Source: Octopus sinensis (Eukaryota). Taken from it: a stretch of 29,644 nucleotides of DNA. Location of the stretch: positions 1-29,644 of the forward strand of contig NW_021832889.1 in the NCBI RefSeq assembly GCF_006345805.1. Direction: 5' to 3'. The notes under the pieces are model-generated. The model did not search any database. It was not told the DNA's origin and saw only the letters and a list, made by a program, of their open reading frames with translations. The position numbers were made by a program, and so were the translations under genes. Below, piece after piece: positions 10,542 to 20,319 of this stretch (its first letter is position 1; every line of letters starts with the position of its first letter).

Positions 10542-11379
10542 AGCTACTTGTGTAATGAATATATAATTTAATTGCAATGTAAATTTAATTACAATACAAT
10601 ACGTTAATGCAATACGTGTATGTGAACATCCATGCCGGTCTGAAGAGGATTTGAATAGTTGATATAATTGAATTATAAGATTGATCAGTACCTCAAGAAG
10701 GGTCATTTTATCCCTCGCAGTCTTGAAGATACTGCTAAAAATAAATTATGCCTGCGCACAACTGCTCTTAATAAGCTATTAAAATTAAAATTTGAAATCT
10801 AAGTGTAAAGAAATTGATTCTTCTGGTAGTGGACATCATCTGAAGCTGACCGAGATGTATTTCTCAACGAGATATATTCTACAGAATATTATTTGATTTC
10901 GCAATGAGTATATTGCTGGTATATTCTTCATCATCAGTGACGAGTGAAAGGGGATATTATTGGCCTTCACAGCAGCAGGTCTGAGCGTAAAGTAGTAAAA
11001 ACGTATGTAAAAAAAAATCATAAATAAATTATTAAGTATGTATTTTCAGTGTCTCGTGCGTCAGTCTCAGAAAGCATAGTGATGTTATATCTTATTTTAT
11101 TGCGTCTCACTGTAGAGTTGTTTTGAAATCCGTTGACAGTCGTGAAGTAAAACGTAAAATGAAAAATTGTCATTGACCGCAACCCAACCGCTCAATTTAT
11201 GATGTTCATCGGAATTCTATCCGTATTTCCTCTTCCATCACCTTCTTTTGCCCTTCTCCCTCACTCACTCTGTCTTTCTCTCTCCCATCTTCTCTCCTAT
11301 CCCTTCCTCTCACCTCTCTTTCTCTGAACTATACAGTTTTCATTTCTATTTTTTTTTTCTCTCTACAGTCTCCCAAATA

Positions 11380-11932
11380 TTGAGTTGCCCGGAAAGTTCG
11401 TACCGATTTTTAAAGGAAAGAAAAAGATTAATAAATACTTGCCATTACATTTTTAATCAACCAAATATGAACCATTTTGTTCCACAATGCGTCTCCATCT
11501 TACCTCTAACTTGGAAATACCCTCTTCCCAGAATTGAGGTGGTTTCATGGCAAATAATTCATCAAGGTATCTTTTTACGTCATCCAACGAATTGAAATTT
11601 TTACCATTAAGGCTATTCTGCAGAGACGTGAATAAGTGGAAATCCGAAGGAGCAATATCTGGTGAATATGGAGGGTGGGGTAACACATCCCAGCCGAGCT
11701 GCAGCACTCTTTGTCTGATTCCCAAAGCATCAAGTGCCGAAAATGAACTTTCATATCTTCCATTTTAAAGGGTTACAGACTTAACACAGGTTATAGGAAC
11801 ATAAACCTTCTTGCACAAACTGTGCTCTAAATGAAAGTGTAGTTAAATCCTACTTTATGGACTCAACCATGTTCTAAAATAAGTCGAAACGTAAGCTACT
11901 ATAAATCGGCACGAACTTTCCGGACAACCCAA
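11380..11932 (-). mobile_element. Internally deleted mariner (DD34D) element with both TIRs and TA TSD
   Basis: TA-ttgagttgcccggaaagttcgtaccgattt and aaatcggcacgaactttccggacaacccaa-TA (30-bp TIR, 3 mismatches). Confidence 0.93.
11453..11763 (-). pseudogene. Mariner transposase remnant (N-terminal ~15 aa joined out of frame to C-terminal ~88 aa)
   Basis: MEDMKVHFRHLMLWE, then LGWDVLPHPPYSPDIAPSDFHLF..GISKLEVRWRRIVEQNGSY (YSPDLAPSD motif). Confidence 0.92.
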
Positions 11933-11964
11933 TATAATTTTATCAACTTGTGTAAATATGTGTT

Positions 11965-12016
<52 letters not shown>

Positions 12017-12140
12017 AAAAAGAAAGAAAGAAAGAAAGGTAGATAAACACTCACGCACACAATCACACATATACATATATTCATTACATTATATGAGTGT
12101 GTATATGTACAGAGAAACACATACATATACAGAAAGAAAA

Positions 12141-12171
<31 letters not shown>

Positions 12172-12172
12172 G
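11965..12172. repeat. (GATA)n and (GAAA)n microsatellites
   Basis: Direct, with CA/TA-rich spacer. Confidence 0.9.
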
Positions 12173-12619
12173 AAAAGAATGACTGAGACGAGAAGACAAA
12201 GAGTTAGATATGCATATACATTTTCAACAAATACGTAATGCTTCGGGTCATTTGCTCCGTTTCTCAACTAGATATCATAATTACAATTCACACCATCTTA
12301 CCACATTTACCATTCTATTCTACCCACCGGTGTACCTGGCTTTCAAGAAACATACCTGGGAATATCCGGTGTCCGTAAATTCGGAAGGCATTATGGATTG
12401 TTTCTGCTTTTGTTTTTGTTATTATGGGTTGCTTTTTATATACTCCATGTGTATGGGAATCTGTCTTACGTAATAAATAATCCTTTTCGTAAGCGCAATA
12501 CAGGCTCCCGATTTTACAGGTTTAATATATACTCTAAGTCATGTTTCTTACCTGAAAATATAGTTCATTTCACTTTTTTACTGTCTTTATATACATGTAT
12601 ACATACATACATATATATT

Positions 12620-12900
12620 TGTTCCACATCCTTGCGTTGTTGTCTTTTTGTTTTCTTGTTTGGATTAACTTTATATATATATATATGAATTCAAAATGTG
12701 ACTGCGTGTGTACCGTTGGCGATTTTTTCCTCCGTCTTCCCTTCCTTGGATCTTTCCTTTTCCTATGTTTCTGACGAAGAGCTCCGCTCGAAACGTTAAA
12801 TCCTCCTACTTTCTTTCCTTTCCTGAGCGTCCAATAACACTATACTTGTTCCACGTTCTCGCGTTGTGTTTTCTCTTTGTGTTTTCATGTTTGGATTAAC

Positions 12901-12902
<2 letters not shown>
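12620..12902 (+). mobile_element. Hammerhead-bearing short element (family E; Penelope-LTR/retrozyme-like), best-preserved copy
   Basis: About 55-bp imperfect direct repeats tgttccac..gcgttgt..tgtttggattaacttta at 12620 and 12847 bracket an intact HHR core. Confidence 0.75.
12767..12801 (+). ncRNA. Minimal type I hammerhead ribozyme
   Basis: GTTT-CTGACGA-A-GAGC(TCC)GCTC-GAAA-CG-TT-AAAT: canonical core, 4-bp stem II, palindromic AACGTT stem III, predicted cleavage after 12797. Confidence 0.75.
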
Positions 12903-12932
<30 letters not shown>

Positions 12933-13245
12933 CATACATACATACATACATACATACATACATACATGCATGCATGCATGCATCAACGCATGCATATATA
13001 TAGATATGTACATATAAGCATACATACATACATACATGCTTGCATGCATACATAGACACGTACGTACATAAATACGTATATAATACATACATGCATACAT
13101 ACGTACAAACATATATACATGCATGCATACACATACATGCATACATACATACACACGTGTGTATATGTGTACTTGTGTGCGTATGTCCGTCTGTCTGTGT
13201 GCGTGTGCGTGCGTGTGACATATGTGTGTGTGTGGATATGTATGT
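12903..13245. repeat. (TACA)n/(CATG)/(GT) compound microsatellite
   Basis: Direct. Confidence 0.95.
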
Positions 13246-13374
13246 GTTTGCCTGAGATGGAGAAAAGGCAGATTCTTTAAAACAGCAGATAGCATTACAG
13301 TATTCGTATACCTGCATATGCATATATAGCCATAGCACTCGCACATGTGTGTGTATGTGTGCATGTGTTTCGTT

Positions 13375-13424
13375 GAAGAAGAAGAAGGAGGAGGAGGAGG
13401 AGGAGAAGAAGAAGAAGAAGAAGA
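13375..13424. repeat. (GAA)/(GGA)n microsatellite
   Basis: Direct. Confidence 0.95.
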
Positions 13425-13465
13425 ACCTTTGACACTTTTCAATGAAAACCTAAGAACCCCAAGGA

Positions 13466-14301
13466 TGACAACTAGTCTCCCTTTCACCAGTGCTCCGTAC
13501 GTAGTCGTCCATGTGGCCTCCAAATATGTAAAGTTTGTCTGACAACCATTCTTGGATGTCTACCGCTTTGAGAGAAGGTGCTGAGCCTTGTTGAAACACG
13601 TATGGCCTTCCACTGCATACTTCATCAATCCAGGGCTTGGTAACAGTTTCCAGTAACTCAATGTATTCAGCAGCATTAATTCTAAGACCCGTGAAAAAAA
13701 AAGTGGGGAGGCATCACATGACCTTTTCTACTTACCACTCCTTAAACCATGACAGTTGCTGGAAATTCCGTGTGCATCACTCTGGGTACTTCAGAAGGAT
13801 CTGCACATAACCACCTATCACATCTTCTGTGAGATTTTTGATCCTGGTCAAAGCTTTTTCGTCAAAGAAAAACCTAAGCATGCCTTGTTCATGAGGGGTT
13901 TTCAATTTGTTAAGTAACTAAGTAACCGTTTTGAACGGATGTGATGGTTTTCCTGTGTCTTTGCAGACATGAATCGGCCTTTCCTCATTACATAGGAGTT
14001 GTATCGAATGTCACGATGCACCACAGTTCTGATAGTCCACTATGATACCCAAATTATTTAGCAATGGATCTCATTGATCTTCTGGGATTTTCCTTGATAA
14101 TGATTTGAACATACTGTATAAATTCCTTTTAGTGTCTGAGCGTCGTGAATGTTTTTTTTCTCTTTGATACACGTGAAACATTACCATAACTTTGTGTACA
14201 AATGATCGTGCAACATTTAGAAAGTTGCTAATTTCTAAATCACTGTGGTTTGCATGTATAGTAATTATGACTGCATGTGCTTTCATTTCTTGCGTTAGCA
14301 T
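13466..14301 (-). pseudogene. Tc1/mariner superfamily, maT/DD37D-like transposase pseudogene
   Basis: Manual translation: MKAHAVIITIHANHSDLEISNFLNVARSFVHKV..IRYNSYVMRKGRFMS..FFDEKSFDQDQ..RWLCADPSEVPRVMHTEFPATVMV..VMPPHFF..KPWIDEVCSGRPYVFQQGSAPS; frameshifts, stops and a deletion near the third Asp. Confidence 0.88.
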
Positions 14302-14816
14302 GATATCTTGAAAGGGTTATCTGGAAAAAAAATTGATGCATAAAATAATTTGAAGGTGTAATAGACATAGATATAGATAGAATTTTATAAAGAGAAGCAA
14401 AACCTGAAAATATTACGAAGTCTAGCACTCGTGTAGAACTGTTTAAATATTAATATACTTTATATATTTACAGAACAAATTTACGCAGAAATATAGAGAA
14501 AGCTTATGTATTTCAAGTCCAACAGCTGTTTCTGGAGGATCAGAATTACATGATCGTCATATGTTTATAATTGGCAGATTGCGTGCGAAAAGCCGCAGAG
14601 ACTGCATATAAACATCACCGTATGACCGGCTGCTATCTTCTGGCTCTAGAGGAGATGCCCTCTTGGGGTTAAAAAATCGTAGTAGAGTCCGCTCGAAAGG
14701 ACAGCCATGTTAAAGCGGCTAAGAATATTACTTATCAGTACAACTACTGCGTTGATCTCTTAGAGAGATTTTAGAACTAGCATTTTTCTTTATATATATA
14801 TATGTATATATATATA

Positions 14817-14948
14817 TGTCTACCAAATCCACTCAAAAGGCTTTAGCCGGCCCGAGCTATAGTAGAAGACACTTGCCCAAGGTGCCACGCAGTGGGACTG
14901 AACCTGGGACCATGTGGTTGGTAAGCATGCTACTTACCATACAGCCAT
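14817..14948 (-). mobile_element. SINE family B head and core
   Basis: ctaccaaatccactc..gctatagtagaagacacttgcccaaggtgccacgcagtgggactgaacc. Confidence 0.92.
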
Positions 14949-14999
14949 CACATATATTCTTCATAAATGGATTAAAGTGAATATAAAACCTAATAAATT

Positions 15000-15400
15000 G
15001 TAGACAAAGAAACAATGATTTCAATATATAAATTCAAAGCAAATTTTTTTTTAATATAACAAATAGCGAAAGAAATATCAAATACAATCAGTAAAAGTCG
15101 CATGAAAAATAAACATAATATTTTTAAAAAATAACTTTTATAAATAAAGACGCAACCAAACGAATTTAGAAAAATAAATAATAAAAAAAATATATTTCAA
15201 ATAAAATATATATAAATATAATTTTTTAAACAAATTGTATAAATATATAAGTAACCTGTTTTTGTAAATAAATATTTTTTTTTTAAATAGCAAAGGAATC
15301 AAATTAAGAAATAGTGTAAAAAAAATTGGAAAAATAGGGGAAAAAATAATAAATAAATTCAAATAAAAATTTATATAAAGAAATAAGTAAAGTTTTTTAG
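15000..15400. repeat. Extremely AT-rich low-complexity tract
   Basis: A/T-dominated, no clear periodicity. Confidence 0.6.
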
Positions 15401-15682
15401 CAGAAATGTTGAGATTTCTGATAAATTCTACGCCAGAGTAATTAGAATGATGGCTTGCAGGCATCAGTCAGACTCTCGTTGAGATCGCCAATTCCCATGA
15501 GTCCTGTTTGCTTAAGGAGCAGAACTTCTCACGCCGAGTTTTAAGATCTTTTCAATAATGATACACGGATGTGAAGAATTTGCAAGGGGAGAAAGAAAAC
15601 ATCGAGAAACAGTAACGACAACGTTGCAGATGTCCATCCAGTATTAAGGAATGGAGGTTAGCAAGAAGAATTCTATAATTCA

Positions 15683-15985
15683 TCTTTTACTTGCTTGCTT
15701 CAGTCATTTCACTGCGACCATGCTGGGGCACCGCCTTGAAGAAGTTTTAGTCGAAGGAATCGACCCCGGTACTTTTTTTTTAAGCATGATACTTATTATA
15801 TCGATGTCTTTTGCCGAACCGCTATCTATCAGCATTGGCAAACACACCAACACCAGTTGACAAGCGGTGACGGGAGACAACCAGAGACACAAAGACATAT
15901 ATATCGATATATAAATTCAACGGGGTTCTTTTAGTTTCCGTCTACCAAATCCCTCACAAGGCTTTGGTTGGCTCTAGCCTGTAGT
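15683..15985 (-). mobile_element. SINE family B (core, internal TA microsatellite, tail), head missing
   Basis: Tail ttcagtcattt..catgctggggcaccgcc..tgacaagcg, then (TA), then core gtttccgtctaccaaatcc..aaggctttgg. Confidence 0.85.
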
Positions 15986-16124
15986 ATATTCTTATATATA
16001 TATGTGTGTGTGTGTGTGGGTGGGTGTATTTATGTATATACATATATGCTTATATATGCACATACACATACATGTACCTCTTTCTATTCTTCCCCCTCGC
16101 CACTCCCTGTCTCTCCATCCTTCC

Positions 16125-16135
16125 CTCTTTCTTTC

Positions 16136-16196
<61 letters not shown>
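16125..16196. repeat. (CT)n microsatellite
   Basis: Direct. Confidence 0.97.
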
Positions 16197-16200
<4 letters not shown>

Positions 16201-16493
16201 ATCCTCTACTGAAGAACAAAGCTTTGTTGCTAGGTGAGAAAAAAATATCATCACATTGGATCATTTTTTGTTTTTATATTTTTTAACATATATATATTAT
16301 TACCAGGAATAACAAAAACGCTTTATTTTGAAGAAAATAACATCCAATTTTTACACTCTTAGGAACTACATTCGTTTTCTCGATCAACGGCGAATTTTTC
16401 ATACATAAAATGAAATGGTTGCCATTGGAATATCGTTGTACGTTGACCTGCTTAGTTAAATCAGACATGTAACTAAAAAGAAAAAAAAATGAA

Positions 16494-17696
16494 GGATCTT
16501 TTCTTTTTGATGGACGGAATTTTCTAGTTAACTAAACAATTTGAAACTTCGTATACTGGTAGAATGTGTCAAAAGAAAACATAATTGTAAACAAAATTGA
16601 AAACAAAATTGAAAACAAAATTGTAATTTGTAAGTTTAACGTAGTTTAATTATTCGAATTTTAACCAATGAAATCCCAGTATTTCAGCTCAATTCATTTG
16701 CTGCGTCTAAGTAAACAGCACACACACACACACACGCACACGTGTTATTCATTCTTTGTCTTCTGTCTTCTGTCTTCTGTCTTCTGCATGTGCTAGAAAT
16801 AACAGCTATATCTCTTAAATCGATGAATTTCGTCGCCCAATAAAAATATTAACGATATTTTTTGAATATTTTCTTTATTTTTTTTTACCGAATAGGCTTC
16901 TCCCCTGTTTATTTCAATGTCATCCCTGACTTACGGAACGATTACCTGTGTGTGTGTGTTTTTGTTGTGTATGTGTGTGTGTGTGTTTTTGTTGTGTATG
17001 TGTGTGTGTGTGTGTTTTTTTGTTGTGCATGTGTGCCTGTGTGTGTGTGTGTTTTTGTTGTGTATGTGTGTGCGTGTTTTTGTTGTGTATGTGTGTGCAT
17101 GTGTGTGTGTTTTTGTTGTGTAAGTGTGCATGTGTGTGTGTGTGTTTTTTTTTGTGCATGTGTGTGCGTGTTTTTGTTGTGTATGTATGTGCGTGTGTTT
17201 TTGTTGTGTGTGTTGTGTGTGTGTGTGTGTGTTTGTTGTGTATGTGTGTGCGTGTGAAGTATGTAAGTGGGGCGTTAGGCATGACTTTATAGGAAATAAC
17301 TAGACAATGCGTGGAAACCGCAAAAATAGTTGATGTCCTGCGAAAGCGGAACGAATGCGAACATGTTTTAAAAGTCCAAAAAATATCGTTAATATTTTTA
17401 TTGGGCGACGAAATTCATCGATTATTTCTAGCACATGCAGAAGACAGAAGACAAAGGATGAATAACACGTGTGCGTGTGTGTGCTGTTTACTTAGACGCA
17501 GCAAATGAATTGAGCTGAAATGCTGGGATTTCGTTGGTTAAAATTCGAATAATTAAACCACGTTAAACATACAAATTACAATTTTGTTTTCAATTTTGTT
17601 TACAATAATGTTTTCTTTTGACACATTCTACCAGTATACGAAGTTTCAAATTGTTTAGTTAACTAGAAAATTCCGTCCATCAAAAAGAAAAGATCC
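16494..17696. mobile_element. Foldback-type non-autonomous DNA transposon with long TIRs and 8-bp TSD
   Basis: 16494-16864 is the reverse complement of 17377-17696; ends GGATCTTTTC; AAAATGAA at 16486-16493 and 17697-17704. Confidence 0.92.
16945..17255. repeat. GT-rich minisatellite (unit ~tttttgttgtgtatgtgtgtgcgtg) inside the foldback spacer
   Basis: About 12 degenerate units. Confidence 0.9.
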
Positions 17697-17845
17697 AAAA
17701 TGAAAAAAGAAAATAAAAACAATTTTGACTAGATCAAAATTTACATTAGAAACTGTTAAACCAGTTACTAAAAGAAATTTGATCGCAATTTCCTTCAGAC
17801 CCCGTTTACAGAAAAACAATGATACAAATTAGAACTAACATATTC

Positions 17846-17995
17846 CTTCCGTTCTGAGCTCAAATGCCGCCAGGGTCGGCTTTGCCTTTCGTCTTTTCGG
17901 TGTCGAAAAAAATGAGTGCCGGTTGAATACAAGGATTGATGTAATCAACTTACTCCCTCTCCAAAATTGCTGGCCTTGTACCAAAATTTGAAACA
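17846..17995 (+). mobile_element. SINE family A, tail type 2, head missing
   Basis: cgttctgagctcaaatgccgcc..ctttgcctttcg..ccaaaattgctggccttgtacc. Confidence 0.8.
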
Positions 17996-18119
17996 AAATT
18001 TTGACATGTACCAAACAAGCCTGAAGTGACCTCCCCTAACTGGCAAATAAATTTAAATATTAGCTGATGACTAATATCGTTTCTAGTTAAATGTTAACAC
18101 TAGCATGTTAATGTATGCA

Positions 18120-18137
18120 TAATATATATATATACAG

Positions 18138-18191
<54 letters not shown>
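18120..18191. repeat. (TA)n microsatellite
   Basis: Direct. Confidence 0.95.
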
Positions 18192-18195
<4 letters not shown>

Positions 18196-18400
18196 AGAGT
18201 TTAGGAAAAAAAACAAAAGACGAAGACAGGTGGTGTAGAAAACAAACAGATGTATTAGTATAACGCTCAGGAATAGAAAAAGTCTTTTACGTTTCGAGCC
18301 TACGCTCTTCTACAGAAAGGGACACAGAAAACCAAGTAGAGACACAAGGAGAGAAAAAAATTTGAGTAGTGGCTAACAATTTATCATGGTGAAGGGTTAT
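18192..18400 (-). mobile_element. Hammerhead-bearing short element (family E variant)
   Basis: Same layout as other copies (tattag..cgctcagga..ttttacgtttcgagc..gctcttc..cagaaa); flanked by (TA)n. Confidence 0.7.
18284..18319 (-). ncRNA. Minimal type I hammerhead variant (CUGUAGA core)
   Basis: CTTT-CTGTAGA-A-GAGC(GTAG)GCTC-GAAA-CG-TA-AAAG; stems intact, but A6 is U. Confidence 0.5.
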
Positions 18401-18848
18401 ATGATATATATATATATTCATTCGTGTGTGTGCGTGTATGTTAGCTGTGAACTTCCTAAATGAATATGACTATGGCTGATTAAATAAAACGTATCACAAC
18501 TTTACATGATGTGAGAACGACAGTGGTTCTGGAATCCTGCCAGCAACCTACAACACCTGTTGCAGGTTCGACATTCATATAAATTCTTCTGACTTTTTGC
18601 ATGTTCCGAATCATTCTAATGATTTTTTTTCTGTGCACCTTCATGAGCCAAGATAAACCTGAGCTAAATGAGAAACTGTAGGCTCAACGGAATTGTCCTT
18701 TCGTGCTAATCTCCTTAATTAAGCGAGACCATTTGTTTGCGTTTATTTATTACATATTTATATGTATATATTTCTATCTGGCTTCATCACCATATAATTC
18801 TTTCCAGTTACCCGTTCAATACTCTTGCACTGAACACCATCTGTTTCT

Positions 18849-19030
18849 CGCTTGACAACCGATGGTGGTGTGTTTACATCCCCGTAACTTAGCTGTTCGG
18901 CAAAAGAGACCGATAGAATAAGTACTAGGCTTGCAAAGAATAAGTCCTGGGGTCGATTTGCTCGATTAAAGGCAGTGCTCCAGCATGGCCGCAGTCAAAT
19001 GACTGAAACAAGTAAAAGAGTAAAGAGTAA
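18849..19030 (+). mobile_element. SINE family B tail segment
   Basis: cgcttgacaaccg..gtaacttag..gaccgatagaataagtac..ccagcatggccgcagtcaaatgactgaaacaagtaaaagag. Confidence 0.88.
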
Positions 19031-19123
19031 GGAGAGTGTTGGAGAGCATAAAGATTAAGAAACAGTGTGTTAACGTGGCAGACTGGAAGCTATCTGGGTA
19101 TTGCAGAAGAGTTGTCTATCGCA

Positions 19124-19300
19124 TGGTGCCGGTGGCACGTAAAAGCACCTACTAGACTCTCGGAGTGGTTGGCGTTAGGAAGGGCATCCAGCTGTAGAAA
19201 CTCTGCCAGATCAAGATTGGAGCCTGGTGCAGCCATCGTCTAGTTAAAATCGTCCAACTCATGCTAGCATGGAAAGCGGACGTTAAACAATGATGATGAT
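19124..19300 (+). mobile_element. 3' part of a SINE or retroposon ending in (GAT)n (RTE-like tail)
   Basis: ggcgttaggaagggcatccagctgtagaaac..gcatggaaagcggacgttaaacaatgatgatgat; family recognised from memory. Confidence 0.65.
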
Positions 19301-19403
19301 GGTGGTGGTGATTTGTGCTGGGTATCAAAATGTAGACATCATGACTGCTGCTCAATGCTCTGTGAACACTGTGGAGGCTGTGTGGTGTGACGCGGACAGT
19401 TGA

Positions 19404-19485
19404 AAAACCAGGTTCTAGCAAACTGTGATGGTCTTTTGGTGTGTCTCAGCGAGAGTGGCATCATGCCACCCTACATCTTTGAACA
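19404..19485 (+). pseudogene. Tiny relic of a maT/DD37D-like transposase
   Basis: KTRF*QTVMVFWCVS..IMPPYIFE parallels TEFPATVMV*GVVS..VMPPHFF of the 13466-14301 element. Confidence 0.55.
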
Positions 19486-19925
19486 TTTTGCCACATAATT
19501 ATTCCTCGTCAGCTTTATATACGCCCTACATTAAATATATTACCCCAAACCTACCTATCTTAGTATCTGTCCGGCTTTAACTATAATCTGTCACAATTAT
19601 TTCTTGTTAAAATTTAAAACTAATTACATTAACCATGTTATTAATGTACCCAGCTCTTTAATTTAAAGCTTAATTAATTCTAGTTAAAGCTTTAAATTCC
19701 TTATACAAAATACATTAAGACTACCAACTTAACTAGTCTGTACCATTGCATAACTATTCCTAGGTAATTATCTTAAATTTCTTTCATTAAATTCACCAAC
19801 GCTACCTTAGCTGTCTTCTAATAACAATAATAATCATCAGTATGGAAACGAGCGTTAGATGACAGATATAAAAGCAGAGACGGTTGAATCGCACCTTATT
19901 TTTCTTGAAACTAGTAAAGGATTTG

Positions 19926-20319
19926 GGATCTTTTCGGTTTGAACGGCAGTTTTTTCTAGCGGTGTCATATGAAATTGTCACCCATAATTATGACCCTAGT
20001 ATCGATCTATTGCATTTCAATCTGTTTTAGGGTTAGGGTTAGTTAGGGTTAGGAGTGGGGGAAGGGTATCTTTTTTTCTTCACAAATGAGGGACATATTC
20101 ATACAGCACATAATGTTTTTTTTTACCTCTCAATAGACATCATTGATTGGTTGAAATTGAAGAAAAAAACAACAATACTTCTTACAAACTAGAATTTTCC
20201 TCGATAAAGCCAGAGAGAAAAGATGTTTTATAAAACACATTCTACCAGTATACGAAGTTAAAAGTGTTTTAGTACGTGGAAATTATTTTAAAAAACTGCC
20301 GTTCAAACCGAAAAGATCC
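19926..20319. mobile_element. MITE with 30-bp TIRs (GGATCTTTTC ends) and ~8-bp TSD
   Basis: ggatcttttcggtttgaacggcagtttttt and aaaaaactgccgttcaaaccgaaaagatcc; flanks AGGATTTG and AGGATTTT. Confidence 0.9.

Noticed and set aside
15000-15464. Mitochondrial insertion or membrane-protein ORF (15138-15464)
   Set aside because: The F/L/I/Y/K-rich translation is explained by extreme AT content; no mitochondrial gene motif recognised.
16945-17255. CRISPR-like array
   Set aside because: Degenerate GT minisatellite without unique spacers, in a eukaryotic context with no cas genes.
20020-20060. Telomere or chromosome-fusion scar
   Set aside because: Only about 4 imperfect TTAGGG units, located inside a TIR- and TSD-bounded MITE.
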